64,000 nucleotides of DNA from positions 7,812,001 through 7,876,000 of the forward strand of contig OZ024755.1 of NCBI GenBank assembly GCA_964016885.1. Direction: 5' to 3'. This stretch comes from Eledone cirrhosa (taxonomy: Eukaryota). Shown here in pieces: positions 16,234-31,049 of the stretch. A program made the translations under genes and the position numbers. The notes beneath the pieces were generated by a model. It ran no database searches and had not been told where the DNA came from. It worked only from the letters and a program-made list of their open reading frames with translations. Position 1 is the first letter of the stretch; each line of letters opens with the position of its first letter.

Positions 16234-16243
16234 TATCTATCTA

Positions 16244-16313
<70 letters not shown>

Positions 16314-16633
16314 TGCGTTTGTGTGTATGTATATATTTATCATATTAGGTTAGGTTTTAGCTTTTGTTTTGTTCTTTTTTTTCAAATGTGTGAGCAGTTT
16401 AGCGGGTATTGTGAGGTTAAAGTGTCATGTCAGCCGTGTCCTATGTAATTGATGTGGACGCTCTGTTTTTGCCGTGTTCAATGATTCTAACCAGAAGCTC
16501 ACGTGAAACATGACACCTGCTAGAAATTGCTCTCTTTATTGACTTCTTTCTTATAAACAACTTCGCCTTCAGCTTTTCAATTCAATGAACGTACGTAACA
16601 TATAAATACATACACACACGCATATACGCACTT

Positions 16634-16724
<91 letters not shown>

Positions 16725-16859
16725 TATATACATGCACATGTTTATACAAACATAGATATATGCATACACATGCAAACCCACAAATGTATACATATATAAA
16801 GTGAATTTATTGTGCTTTTATCTTCACTTTTAGTGTTACTTGAAGGCATGTCGTGGTGA

Positions 16860-16926
<67 letters not shown>

Positions 16927-17331
16927 TTGAGTTATGGTATACTTTATGGCTGACGTCTTCCTTTTTTTAAAGTCTGGAGTTGTTTGGGGTTTCTTAGAAC
17001 TTAGTGTGAAGATAGGGGTCAGTGTTAACCTGACCTTCACAGCCCTTGTGAGACTGGTCAGATCGATCGTGTTTATATTCAATTTCAGATATTATGAGTC
17101 GTCGTCTGCAGTAAAAGATAATAGTAAAGGAAACGATCGCTAGAGCAGAGCGAGTAAACGATGTTTCCATTGGTCTATCTTCCGAACACAGCTCTTAGAA
17201 ACAGGAGGCGAGATTTGAGCTTAAAATACTCAAAGTTATATCAGATACCAAAAAGCATCCTGTCCGAAACTTTATAAATTCTGTCTATCCTCCATTTCTG
17301 GACTGTATAGGTATTTTATCAATTCTCGAAT

Positions 17332-17519
17332 AGATGAATGGTGAATTTGATCCCGGCAGGAGTTGAGCTAGGTTTGCAGACGACCAGATCAAATACGGAG
17401 GCTTTTCATCCGATGATCATCGAAAAGATGAATGGTGAATTTGATCCCGGCATGAGTTGAGCTAGATTTGCAGACGACCGGATCAAATACGGAGGCTTTT
17501 CATCAGACGATCAGTGAAA
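17332..17519 (-). repeat. 94-bp tandem duplication of an old SINE segment
   Basis: AGATGAATGGTGAATTTGATCCCGGCA...ATCAAATACGGAGGCTTTT starts at 17332 and again at 17426. Confidence 0.85.
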
Positions 17520-17767
17520 CAAAATTTTGTCCGCGGTGCGCAGCTGAAACACCTCCCCGCACTAGGCCCATCACCCATCACCCTCTCTTTTTCCCGCTCC
17601 ATGGTAGGCACAACACTCGTTCAAAAGAACAGAAGCTGTGGAAGCTAGGGTAGAATAGGCAGCTAAATTACAAAGCATATCTAGTGGCCAAGGATGTTAT
17701 CATACTAGTGAGTGGGTTGTGGTAAATTTGTGGGGCGACTAGCATTTGAGTACATACCATACAAATA

Positions 17768-17815
<48 letters not shown>

Positions 17816-17868
17816 CACGCTCTCTCTCACAGTATATATTAAATATATATATATATGTGTGTGTGTGT

Positions 17869-17911
<43 letters not shown>

Positions 17912-17988
17912 TCACATATATACAGATATACATAATATACATACACACATATATATACATACATAAATATATATGTGTATATATATAT

Positions 17989-18139
17989 ATATGTAAGCTT
18001 TGCTTCTATGTAAAAAAAAAATATATATATATATATATGACATAGAAGCAAAGCTTACATATGAATTTATTCTCAAACTTACATATACCAGATTTTAAAT
18101 TGGTCCATTGAGAGGAATTCTCAGATGGACCAATTTAAA
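17989..18139. repeat. Two adjacent inverted repeats
   Basis: Perfect 23-bp arms ATATGTAAGCTTTGCTTCTATGT at 17989-18011 and 18040-18062; second hairpin TTTAAATTGGTCCAT-TGAGA/TCTCA-G-ATGGACCAATTTAAA at 18094-18139. Confidence 0.9.
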
Positions 18140-18244
18140 TTAAGTTACGCTAGTTTTTATTGCTACAGCAGGCACCAACACCAAAGAGGTTTATGGAGAT
18201 GGTGGTGAAGTTATTGCCGTTGCTGGTGTTGTGAGTAGTGCTGG

Positions 18245-18455
18245 TGGTGATGGTGGTGATCGTGTTGGTGGCGGTGGGGCTACTGCTAGTGGTGATGGTG
18301 GTGATCGTGTTGGTGGCGGTGGGGCTACTGCTAGTGGTGATGGTGGTGATTGTGTTGGTGGCGGTGGGGCTACTGCTTAATGGTGATGGTGGTGATCGTG
18401 TTGGTGGCGGTGGGGCTACTGCTTAATGGTGATGGTGGTGATTGTGTTGGTGGCT
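18245..18455. repeat. 45-46-bp G-rich minisatellite, about 4.5 copies
   Basis: Unit GTGGTGATGGTGGTGATCGTGTTGGTGGCGGTGGGGCTACTGCTA. Confidence 0.92.
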
Positions 18456-18855
18456 CCGGTGCTGCTGATGGTGGTGATGGTGGTGGTTGTTATGTGGGGG
18501 GTTTGCTGCAGTGACGGTGGCATATAGACATACTCACACAAACACACACGCATAAACGCACACATAGACATCCCCCCCCCTCTCCGCACACTCACTTACG
18601 CATACTCACACACACACCAACACACCCAAATACAGACACGCGCATAAACATACACATAAACACACTCACGCACAAAACCCATGTCTACAAACATACAAAC
18701 CCGAACAGTTATACACGCACACACACATATAAACACACTTCCATACAAAATACATGCCCACAAATTCAAACACATGCACATACACACACACACACACATA
18801 CACATACACACACCCACATATACACACACACATACAGACATATACGTATGCACAC

Positions 18856-18890
<35 letters not shown>

Positions 18891-18927
18891 TGTAAGGGAA
18901 CACCAACCGATCCATAACTGATGATAT

Positions 18928-19065
18928 GTCTAAGTATTGTCTTTCGTTCTATCTCCTTCTGGTGTTTCTCTTCTTGGTATCATAGATATCACAGTCCTAA
19001 CGATGATACCACGTTGGATAACTTGATCAGATTCCACTCTGGCTACATTCAAATCTCCAGCCGAG
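18928..19065 (-). mobile_element. Possible RTE LINE 3' relic
   Basis: Minus-strand fragments NVARVESD and QYLD resemble the RTE C-terminal HVARM-D and RGR-R-YLD motifs. Confidence 0.3.
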
Positions 19066-19304
19066 TTTTCTATACGATCGAAATTAAATGTGACGCCATA
19101 TTCCCAGAAATACCACATAAACCATCTATCGTATTGTAACAAATGTTCTACATATGATAGATTGATATCATGATGTTTATGATATTCATCCTATCATGAG
19201 ATATCGAGAGATATTAACTTTTCAGCGTAGTCAGTCTGCTGAGTTTCTGAGTGTGTCTCGCACGTAAACGAAACCATATTTACTGTACTTCAGCACTCCC
19301 ACAC

Positions 19305-19400
<96 letters not shown>

Positions 19401-19401
19401 C

Positions 19402-19514
<113 letters not shown>

Positions 19515-21205
19515 CATGTGTCTGTGTGTGTGTGTGTAAACAGTTTGACATAATCATGCATTACAAGTTGTTTCATAGACATAAATATGTAAACATGTCT
19601 AAAACTTTAAGATATATCAGTACTGCTTCTATACAAATATTCAAAGATTTGTATTTTATATTTAGAACATCTCCCTGTCGCATTTTACCTCATCTGTATA
19701 CAATATTCAACGTGTCTTATTTTTTAAAGCAGTAAGATGTGATGTCAGCTAGAGACAGCTGCGATTTCTAGCAGGTCGTGCGACAACGATATTTCGTTGG
19801 GAGTTTATACAAAGCGAGTGTGTGTAATATATAGTACTAAGGTAGGGAATTTTCCCACATGAGACTGATAAAATAAATACTGTGCCGGATTTAGACGTAA
19901 GTTAGAGAAGCCAGAACCTTACAGCTTCTCAATATTCAGGGAGTTCCAAAGAATTACAATATTTGAGTCCTTTTGGTGTAATATGTTCACATGGGGTTTC
20001 CATGTTTTATATAGTGTTGGGCTTTGCTAAGTCTGAACACGACACTAACTAAATAACTGATTGAAATAAGTTATACAATAGCATTTAAAAGATACAATTC
20101 TCGTTTCAGTACGTATTTCAGTATCGTAATTCATAACAGGAAGATTCTACTTAACTATTAACAATACGGACAGCACTAATAATAAGTGTCTAATTTTGCC
20201 TTAATAAACAGAGAGAATGTCAATTATAATTTAAGTCCTCAAGTTGAACCGCTAGAATTACAATGTGTGCGCGACAGACCAGTTTCAGTGAACGGTGTAT
20301 TAGAAAATTCACTTTGACAGTTCCTGTATGAATCTGACGCTATATCATTGACTACTTATTTGTTCTTCACATCTAAATGACTGAACAGAAACCTATAAAT
20401 TCTTAAATGGCCCCCGAGCAAGTATCAATTTTCCACCAACACGAAACTCAATGGAGTGGGAGGTTTTTAATAATATAGAATTGATAGTTCAGGGAATTGC
20501 GACAGCAGATAGAAATATTATGATTATTCAAGTTATGTCTTTTTAAGTAGAAAAACCTTGAAAAATATTTCTCTTGGAAAGTAAGTTGGCACCAACATTA
20601 TTTCCTGTCAAATACGATATCTTATTAACAAACATTACATTGACATCTGTAAAGCTAAATTAAAAGAAATTGTGTTTTGTCTTGCTCGAAAGGTTTATGA
20701 GCAGTCTTGCTAATATTTACAACAAACAGACAAAACTCGCCAGAACAATCTCGCTAATCTACAGGGAATTATCAGTGAATACAGAACATTACTCACCAAT
20801 CACAAATTTAATTCGTCAATTGAAATTTGAAGTTTAGCAGCTTGGCTGTTATTTCGAGTCAGAGTTGATTATTTGTTATGTCGACAACAATGTATAGTGT
20901 TGTATCATCATATAGAGTCTGGTGTATATATAATGATGTAGTCTATAGTACTGTAGCAGTAGGTAGGACATAGATCTGTGTAAGTATCTGTGTATAAGCT
21001 ATAGTATAGTTCATTATGTGAAGTATAGTATTGTAGCAAGGTGTGCAGAATGGTGTAAAGACAATAATGTAATGTAGAGGAGTGTAATACACCATGTAGA
21101 GAGTGGTGTTTAAATCTGTACTGTTCCTTATGTTGTGTGTGAACTGTAACGTAGATTACGATGTGGTGTATAGTATTGTTACACCCTGTATATATATACA
21201 CATAC

Positions 21206-21240
<35 letters not shown>

Positions 21241-21249
21241 TATACATAT

Positions 21250-21545
21250 ACGGGACCCCAAGTCTTTTGGTTTAATGTTGATGCGTGAATTATATATTTT
21301 TGTCTAATTTTTAAACTTCAATCCCTGACCCCGACAACTAATATAAAAGAGCCCCCCTTAAAGCGGAGTTGCTGGTGTATACAACAATTTCAAACTGCTA
21401 GCCTTGAGTGATACGTTGATGTAAACAATGATCTTGCAATCACATGTTATATGCCTTGATAAGTCCCACCATGGGGTCGGACGAAACGGCTGTCGGCAAT
21501 AAACTTGTTATAATGTCATAATAGTTCCTTTGTTCTTTTTCACTA
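21250..21545 (+). mobile_element. Solo PLE pseudo-LTR or retrozyme-like unit between (TA)n tracts
   Basis: TATAAAA near 21342, hammerhead at 21452-21498, AATAAA at 21498-21503, T-rich end. Confidence 0.6.
21452..21498 (+). ncRNA. Minimal type I hammerhead ribozyme with U3-A8 core
   Basis: TGCC-TTGATAA-GTCC(12 nt)GGAC-GAAAC-GGCT-GTC-GGCA: all three stems close; cleavage triplet GUC. Confidence 0.75.
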
Positions 21546-21573
21546 ATATATACATATATATATATATATGTAT

Positions 21574-21706
21574 AACGAAGGAGGTGTGGTTATGGACCAT
21601 AACGCACCAGAGTACTCAATACTTAGGGTAGTAGAGTGGGTAATAGCCGTCCAGAAATAGCCATCGAAACGGCTTGAGCTCTGCCGTCGGGGTTATATAT
21701 TTTCCT
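21574..21706. mobile_element. PLE-like terminus, family 2, copy 1
   Basis: Shares ATGGACCATAACGCACCA.AGTACTCAATACTTAGG.TAGTAGAGTGGGTAATAG and CGAAACGGCTTGAGCTCTGCCGTCGGGGT with 32987-33146. Confidence 0.75.
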
Positions 21707-21709
21707 ATA

Positions 21710-21784
<75 letters not shown>

Positions 21785-22353
21785 ATGTATATATATGTAT
21801 ATACATATATATATATATGTATGTATAACCTGTATTTAGTTCTATTATATAGTTGTCGAAATCGTTTACTTAGATGAAGTGTTTCATAAACGGCTCAGTT
21901 TGTGTGTATATATACATGTACGTACGTACGTATGTATTTATGTACGAATGTATGTGTATATATGTCTATACATGTTTAAATGCATGTGTCTGTATGTGAC
22001 AATAACTCTGTGTTGTGTAGATGTATATTTGCATATATGCATATACATAATTCTATGTACCAGTATGTAGAAATATATGTATCTGTGCACTGTATAGAAA
22101 TGAAATCATAACGATAGCCTCAGGTAAATTCCGTCTATAAATGTGTTGAACAATGTTTACAAGTGAATTAGCAGAAAGATATAACATAACTGTCGACCGA
22201 GCTTTGTTCCTTTGTGAAGAGACTTAGCTGTCGGAAAATCGTAGATAATTTATTTAACTGTTTTCATAAATTTCTTCCAGGCATATTTCTAAACCAATAG
22301 GTATTTTTTCTTCATGTTTCTTGGTTTTAAAAATTAATTTGGTGCCGTTATTA

Positions 22354-22354
<1 letters not shown>

Positions 22355-22430
<76 letters not shown>

Positions 22431-22443
22431 TAGTAGCAGCAGC

Positions 22444-22503
<60 letters not shown>

Positions 22504-22528
22504 TATAGTAGTAGTAGTAGTAACAGTG

Positions 22529-22568
<40 letters not shown>

Positions 22569-22653
22569 CAGTAGTCGTAGTAGTAGCAGCAGCAGCAGCA
22601 GCAACAGTAGTAGTAGTAGCAGGAGTAGTAGTAGTAGCAACAGCAGCAGTAGC

Positions 22654-22704
<51 letters not shown>

Positions 22705-22712
22705 TGTGGTGG
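22355..22712. repeat. (GTA)n/(GCA)n trinucleotide tract
   Basis: Direct reading. Confidence 0.97.
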
Positions 22713-22830
22713 TAGTTGTCGAAATATAGAAAAAAATTGTTCAAATTGAAAACAATTAAGCGTGGTTTATAGGAACACTACATAAAAAGGGGGATCATTT
22801 AGTGAAATGATAGCATTGACCCGTACCTGA

Positions 22831-23127
22831 TTCTCACAAGCCTTGTACCAAATTTGGATTCATAGACAGCACCAACATACTGAACGTGGAAAGCCTTAAC
22901 ACGATACTGACATTACAGGGAAAGGGGGGAAGCTACAAGCAGCTGAGGTTTACACCTATATAAGAAACACCCTTTCATGAATGGCAGATATAGACGCATG
23001 GATCAGTAATAGAATTGTTAAAACCAGTGCCACATTTTGGGAGATTAACAGGAGTGTATATTATCAGACTTCAAACACGATGGCAGAAAAAAAGTCCCAG
23101 ACTTGGAAGTCCTGAAATGCACTCGTG
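22831..23127 (+). mobile_element. Decayed RTE-clade LINE, C-terminal part of the reverse transcriptase
   Basis: Across frameshifts: FSQA-CTKFG, YTYIRNTLS*MADIDAWISNRIVKTSATF-GRL, RWQKK-VPDLEVLK; matches the RTE motifs FTYLGSTLS..IDxEIxxRIxKASxAFGRL and WQDKIPDxEVL, with an internal deletion. Confidence 0.75.
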
Positions 23128-23165
23128 CCTACATCTCTCTCTATCTCTCTCTCTCACACAAACAT

Positions 23166-23259
<94 letters not shown>

Positions 23260-23484
23260 ATGCATATATATATGTTTTTCTATGTCTAAACGTAAATATC
23301 AAGATATATAGAATGAACAAAAGAAGTGTGAATGAAGTGTATTCAAGTCTGGAAGATATTCTGATACTCATGAATATTAACTTATTTTGTTAAGCCAAAA
23401 AAGTATATAATATTGAAAATAAATACCTTCTTTTCCAGCAGTCACTTAGGTTTCTATAATTACAGATGGATTAGTAGAGATAAG

Positions 23485-23614
<130 letters not shown>

Positions 23615-23628
23615 CGTGCGCGTGTGTG

Positions 23629-23696
<68 letters not shown>

Positions 23697-23698
<2 letters not shown>

Positions 23699-23701
23699 TA
23701 G

Positions 23702-23778
<77 letters not shown>
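23697..23778. repeat. (GATA)n microsatellite
   Basis: Direct reading. Confidence 0.97.
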
Positions 23779-23779
<1 letters not shown>

Positions 23780-24900
23780 GCTACTGTCTGTATTGCTGTT
23801 TAGCTAAATTAAGAACTAGACACGTAAACAATACGCAGTAATTATCGACATATTTAGAGGAACATCTTTCAGAAATATTAACATGAAAAAAGTAAATAAA
23901 ATATGTAAATATGTGTATATATTTCTAATAAAATAACACACCAAATATTGCAAAAAAAAAAAATAATAAAAAGACCGATAATGCGGAAATAGAGAGAATG
24001 GGAGGGTGAATATATTTTTCTAAAAATATAAATGTAAATCTGAAAATTTGAGAAAAATCGGCAAAATATGTCCATATAGTTTTGAGTTGAAGTAAAAAAT
24101 ATTCTAACGCTTATTAGTGAGTTGTGAGTGTAGTTGGCATCATTCTCTCATGGCGCTGAAAATGTCATTTGCGCTAATGAAATATGACACAAATTTTTAT
24201 ATTTCAGCGCCGAATTCTAACACAATGTTTCTCTGCTATACATATGCATTCCATCATCAAATAGCTGCTGCTCTTAGCAGAAGTGTAAAACCATTTGATG
24301 CTCTTCCAGCGGCTAGATATAATTGAATTATCAGCTAGCGCTTGACGTTCGACAAGTACCGTCAACATACGGAAGAGAGTAGGTTGGCACGTTAACACAA
24401 ACCAGGCGGATTCTGAACTGGCTCATAGAGTAAAATAAATTTGATAGCGCGGCAAATTTATGATTTGGACGCCATCTTAGAATTCATAAATACAGTACTT
24501 ATCACTTCCCCTAAAATACCGCTCCCAACAATTTATATCATGCTACCTACTTCGCCTTACTTCCCATCTACGTAGCTGTCATTTACTCATTTTCTCTCTC
24601 ATTTTCTCTCATTTTCTCTCTCTATATCTCCAACACTCTATCTCTCTCTAGCTTTCTGCTGCCATCTCTATCCCCCCCCCCCCACTCTCTCTCTCCCGCT
24701 CGCTCTCTCTCTATTACATTCTCTGTTTCACCACAAATACACAAATTCTCATACACGCTCTTTCTCTATGCATATATATGCACACAATTTTACAAAAATT
24801 GATATCTAAGCACATACATACACATGCACACACAGACACACATACATATATATATAGTTATATGTACACACAGACACACACACACACACACACATACATT

Positions 24901-24935
<35 letters not shown>

Positions 24936-24994
24936 ATACAAACATATGTGCATATATGCACACAGTTATATAAACGTATTATGGTTCTATGTAA

Positions 24995-25065
<71 letters not shown>

Positions 25066-25516
25066 ATATTATATATATATATATACACACATGTATGTAT
25101 ACATGAAAGTACGTTATATTTTCGTTATACGTTATATTTTCTTATACTTTAGATTTTCATCTTTATCTTCTTCACACCACCTCTTAATCTTCTTATCCTA
25201 TCCCACCACTACCACCACTACCACTACCACTACCACTACCACTACCACTACCACTACCACCTCTACCAGCCACCATTGCATTACTTCTCAGTCTTGCCTG
25301 ATGATTTAATCATGTATAACGTATAATATTATAATCTATTTTACATGGTCTCATTTCACTGCAAACGCCAACTTAAGCAACATTCTAGCTACAGTATATA
25401 TATTCTTATATTCTCTGTCAGCATTATTTATACATTTACCCCCCCCCCCTTTCCCGCTGCCCCATTCCTTTCAAATATCGTCTGCACCCAGCCAACTCCA
25501 CACACTCTCCATTGCT

Positions 25517-25662
25517 ATACATCAGCATTAGCATTTGCTGCGGGACTGTGGTTGTTGTTACTGTAATTATTTTTGTTGTTGCATTCCAATACATCAGCAT
25601 CAACATTTGCTGTGGGACTGTTGTTGTTGTTGTTGTTGTTACTGTAAGTTTTATTGTTGTTG
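25517..25662. repeat. Roughly 73-bp imperfect tandem duplication
   Basis: ATACATCAGCAT.A.CATTTGCTG.GGGACTGT.GTTGTTGTT occurs twice, each followed by ACTGTAA. Confidence 0.85.
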
Positions 25663-25960
25663 TTCACCTGGTCTATAATAAATACACACTTGATGCTATT
25701 GTGTTACTTTCGGCTGTATTTCAACTCGTCAGACTCGGTAACCCATCTCTATACTATGATATATATAAAGTGTTGTGATTTACAGTCAGCAATTAGATAT
25801 TGAATGTTATATATGGGATATAGCAACTTCATCCTTACATCAATCCTCATCTGACTCTATCAAATAACAACGTCGATATGATATCATCTCTACCGATGTT
25901 ATACGCTACGCCAATGTATCATTACAGACATGCATATATATATATAACATACACATATGT

Positions 25961-26173
<213 letters not shown>

Positions 26174-26383
26174 TATATATATATATAAATATTTACTTGC
26201 ATTGTGTGTGTTTAAAAGCCATCATATTTCTCCATATTTCAATAAATTCATATCTGTTATTTTGAAGACTTTGGAATAATTGGTGATCATCTTTTGCCTA
26301 TGACACCCAGAAAATTCTGAATTTATCTGTTCTCATATGAGGCTGCATTTCACAAAGACTTTTCTCGAGTGTTTTAATGTTAA

Positions 26384-26604
26384 CCCTTTAGAATTAAAAC
26401 CGACCATATCCAGCCACAATTCTCTCACCCCTTTCTGTTCAAATCGGCCGTAACTGACCACTCATATTGACATTAAGGTATTGTTGCCAAAATAGATAAT
26501 ATCAAAATCTCGTAGATTCAATATTATCTGAGATAATTATGTAAGGTAAAACCTTTACTATGAAAATACAATAGTAAATATAGAGTAATGTGAATGCTAA
26601 AAGG
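26384..26604. mobile_element. piggyBac-like MITE
   Basis: TTAA at 26380-26383 and 26605-26608; TIRs CCCTTTAGAATT and AATGCTAAAAGG. Confidence 0.75.
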
Positions 26605-26711
26605 TTAAAGATGTCAGACATATAATAAGAATATTTAACCCTGGACGCCAGTTAGTTGCAATGTTAAACCCTAATTCATCAGTTCTCTTTTTTTTTAGTA
26701 ATTTTGTTTGC

Positions 26712-26846
26712 TGCTAACAGATTGAACCGGAGCATCATAAAATAAAACATCTTTGCTCAAGTAAATAATGCAACCCTCTGTCCAGGAATTGAACCTAGGA
26801 TCTTAAGATTGTGTGTTAAAAACATTAGCTACTAGATCAAGAGCCA
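26712..26846 (-). mobile_element. SINE family B (tRNA head plus CORE-like domain), diverged
   Basis: Aligns with 61395-61528; reverse B-box-like GGAATTGAACC. Confidence 0.65.
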
Positions 26847-27079
26847 TCATGAATGCTACTGGTTAGTAGCGTGTATCTATAAGTTAATTTCCACTACTCT
26901 ACATGTCCCATTCAATTTTATCTTTAATCCATTTTGTGTTCGATAATATTTATATACTAGAGACGTATCTTAGGTTAAATATTGAAAACTGATTACACAA
27001 TTACACATGATTTTCTTACTCCCTCTCTCTCAATATACTCCATATATACGAATACAAATATAGATGGAATATATGTGTC

Positions 27080-27140
<61 letters not shown>

Positions 27141-27170
27141 AACACACACACATATATATATATATATGCA

Positions 27171-27223
<53 letters not shown>

Positions 27224-27700
27224 TATATACATGCATGCACGTACACACAGTATTTCCCTCTCTGTTTATCTATCTATCACTACATCCCAACAAATGTACC
27301 ATTTATCAGGATTGCCATCTAACTTCCTCTCTGACGTCTATAGTTCTGTAGTGGTTGTTGTTTACTTTCCATACAGAATCAGTAGTAACAATATTGTAAA
27401 CAGGTCTGTCATTAGCATTGACTAGTTTAAGGTTATAACGAATTAACAACCGTCCAGCACCAACCGAACGGAATATAGTCACGGAACTACCAACGATATC
27501 CAAAGATAATCTATATTAATATCATAATAACATTCACAGACAACGTGAAGTTAACAATTCTATGGAATCGTAATATTTACGCTGCAATTCATTCAACCAA
27601 TTTCTTTACGAAAGTCTTTCGTTAAACATTTTTGTTAGTAATATTTGCAAGGGTAGAGGGTGGCCTGGTATAGGCTTGGTAGCTTGGTGGTTTGGTGATA

Positions 27701-27768
<68 letters not shown>

Positions 27769-27798
27769 TATATGCATATATGTAGACTTACACATAGC

Positions 27799-27870
<72 letters not shown>

Positions 27871-27895
27871 GTATGTGTGTATATATATATATGTG

Positions 27896-27973
<78 letters not shown>

Positions 27974-28881
27974 TATATATACACACATATATACACACAT
28001 ATACATGTATATATGTATATATATATATATATAGTCTAGAGATGTCCGGGATAATGAAAAGAATATTAGATTTTTCATTAAGTTTACAATTATCTCACAT
28101 TTATTCCATCTTCACGACGACATACAGAAGAAAATATCTTCTGAATGCAATGAAGAGGCACTATATATGCAAAGTCACACATATGCACACACTCACACAT
28201 ACACACATACAAACGTACACTTAGAAACGTATGTGCATACACATTTATTTACATATATCTGCATACACATATCTGTTTTTTTGTTTGGTTGGCAAATAGA
28301 AAAGATAAACGGTTTTTATAGAAGCCATGTTGTTACTTGGAACAACACATCAGCTTTGTGGCTTTATGTATATATTCTAAGCTGAATGAAATAAAGGGGA
28401 AAAAAACACAGAAAAGTTACATAGAAAAAAGGGGGAAAAGATGGCGGAAGATATAAGATGGGAAAGAGATGGCGGCAAAGAGAAAGTGCTGAACATAGAG
28501 AGGACAGACAGGGGGAGGTAAATATTGTTTGATAACTGAGATAGGTTCAAGCAAAAGATGTAGCAGCTTAACAGAACTTATTTAATTTTATATTGCTATC
28601 TCAAACAGAGAAATTTAAATGCTTCTAACCTCAGTGACCTCACCAAACCAACGAGCAATGCTGTGTTTTGATATAATTTGATTGTGGTTAATGTGAGCAA
28701 TTATACAGAAAACACAGGCCCACATGAAATGCTGGAATTCAAGCCAAAGACAACCAGTATTTTCACCATTAATTGCCAGCTTTCAATTTGGGTCTCGTTC
28801 TCTCTTGATTTCTTTATTCGTTTATCAATCCCTACCTATGACTATATAAGATCGATCTCTCACTCTCCCTCTGTTGTCTAG

Positions 28882-28955
<74 letters not shown>

Positions 28956-29081
28956 GTATATATATATATTTATATGTATAAATTAATGTATATGCATATA
29001 CATAAATATATATATTATACACACAGACACTTACACGCATATATACACCACCCCCTTATATACATACATATATATATATAT

Positions 29082-29285
29082 ATATTTATTACAATAACAG
29101 ATTAAAGTTTAAGCAAAGAATCGCTGCTTTCACCCTTAACGGGATCTTCTGAAACTAACAAAGTCAATCTGTGAACGCAGAAATGAATATTTCAAAAAAC
29201 GTTGCAACCGTTAAGGGTGAAAGCAGCGATTCTTTGCTTAAACTTTAATCTGTTATTTTAATAAATATTTGCTCTACGGTTCTTA
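29082..29285. mobile_element. PLE-like terminus, family 3, with inverted duplication
   Basis: 61-bp arms 29082-29142 and 29208-29268 (1 mismatch), 65-nt spacer; hammerhead-like fold on the minus strand at 29097-29172; other copies at 45836, 49248 and 54911. Confidence 0.8.
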
Positions 29286-29295
29286 TATATTTGAT

Positions 29296-29352
29296 ATATA
29301 TTTATCCTTATCGAGCCCTCTTTGGATTTTAGTCTTCAAATTTATTATTATT
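29296..29352. repeat. Short dispersed element flanked by TA runs, copy 1
   Basis: TTTATCCTTATCGAGCCCTCTTTGGATTTTAGTC.TCAAATTTATTAT is the reverse complement of 63721-63770 with 1 mismatch. Confidence 0.85.
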
Positions 29353-29354
29353 AC

Positions 29355-29389
<35 letters not shown>

Positions 29390-29476
29390 TTCCCTCTTTC
29401 TTATTTTTAATATCTTCTTTGTTTTCACATTCTCCTTCACCTTCTCCTTCACATTATCATTCATTCCCTTTCTATG

Positions 29477-29508
<32 letters not shown>

Positions 29509-29871
29509 TCATATAACTTCCGCAATGTCAACATACACACACACTCTCTCTCTCCATTCTACCCCTTTACCCACAAACTCCCATCTTTGCTCACATTTTA
29601 ACATCACACTTCACAATCTCGCACTCTTCCCCACTTACCATGTTTTCTCGCCCTCAATCTCCCACAATTTCTAACACACCACAATCTTCACATACAACCC
29701 GTCTTCACATCCAACATTATTTCATCCTTCATCTCCCACACATCGTCACACTCCACCCTCGCTCTATTCAAATAGTTAACTCTGCATGATGGTTTCAGCC
29801 CCTTTCTTTCCTCTCTTTCCTTTATCGTTTGTAATTTTAGTCTTTCGTTCAATCTTCATTTTCTTCTTCAG

Positions 29872-29978
<107 letters not shown>

Positions 29979-30102
29979 GAAAACTAGTATAAGTGCCTGG
30001 CCTGAAGATATGGTTATTATTGGAGCTTGAAACCTTAGGTAGCGCTTCTGTTCCTTGTATTAAAATCAATAAATAATATAATATACATATATAAAAAATA
30101 TA

Positions 30103-30184
<82 letters not shown>

Positions 30185-30202
30185 CTGTTTTGTGATAGAT
30201 AT

Positions 30203-30271
30203 TTCATCTGATGAATGGACTGGAAGTTTCTGTTAGAATCGTCTAAATTCGTGAAACCTTGGGTAATAGAA
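30203..30271 (+). ncRNA. Candidate type I hammerhead with long stem II
   Basis: TTCAT-CTGATGA-ATGGA...TTCGT-GAAACC-TTG-GGTA-ATAGAA: intact core, GUA triplet, bulged stem I. Confidence 0.5.
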
Positions 30272-30599
30272 TAATTATATTGTGTGGTTTATTTTATAAT
30301 TAAATAAAAATATATATATATAGATATATATACGACACTTTTCCAAACAACCCTCATAAAACATTGGTCAACACAATACTATGGTAAAAGTTGCTTATCT
30401 ATGCAATAGAACTAAATCTGAAACTATGCTAGTGCCAAGCGAACCTTTTAACCACAGTCAAGCTGGCATCTATCTATCATATTCATTTTCATTCTACAAT
30501 ACTTTCCCTCGAGTTTGCACAACGAATAAGTTAACACGATAGGAAAAATGTTGAGAAATTGGTGGCTTGTGAGAATATTATCCTGGGTGGATTCATATC

Positions 30600-30835
30600 T
30601 CCTGAGCCGAAAACAGTGTTAGTTTGTGAATCGTGTCCAAGTGAAACCAAACTTCCTTCCGGCAATTTGATCGTCCAGCGAGAATGCTCGCTATTAACGC
30701 GGAGAACATTTAAACGTTTGTGAGGAATTCACACAGAATATTAATTCCAGGACATTTAGAGAAAATGGCTGCTAATTAGCTAGAATGTCCGTTTTTAGCC
30801 AAAAGCAGAAAAGGTGAGATGCGTCTTGAACATAA
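30600..30835 (+). mobile_element. Possible decayed Tc1/mariner transposase N-terminal region
   Basis: Fragments PSG..RP, AENI and RKMAA resemble the GRPR...ENI...RKxA helix-turn-helix linker; several stops. Confidence 0.3.
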
Positions 30836-30934
30836 GTAAGTATTCTCTGAAGATATTCAATATTGTTATACTCTGTTTCGGTGTCCAATTTTCATAAGAA
30901 TAATGTATGAGTACGTGTGTGTATGTGTACGTAC

Positions 30935-31049
<115 letters not shown>

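Noticed and set aside
28436-28480. YY1-like AAGATGGCG motifs (also near 14992 and 24470)
   Set aside because: Short motifs with no other promoter evidence
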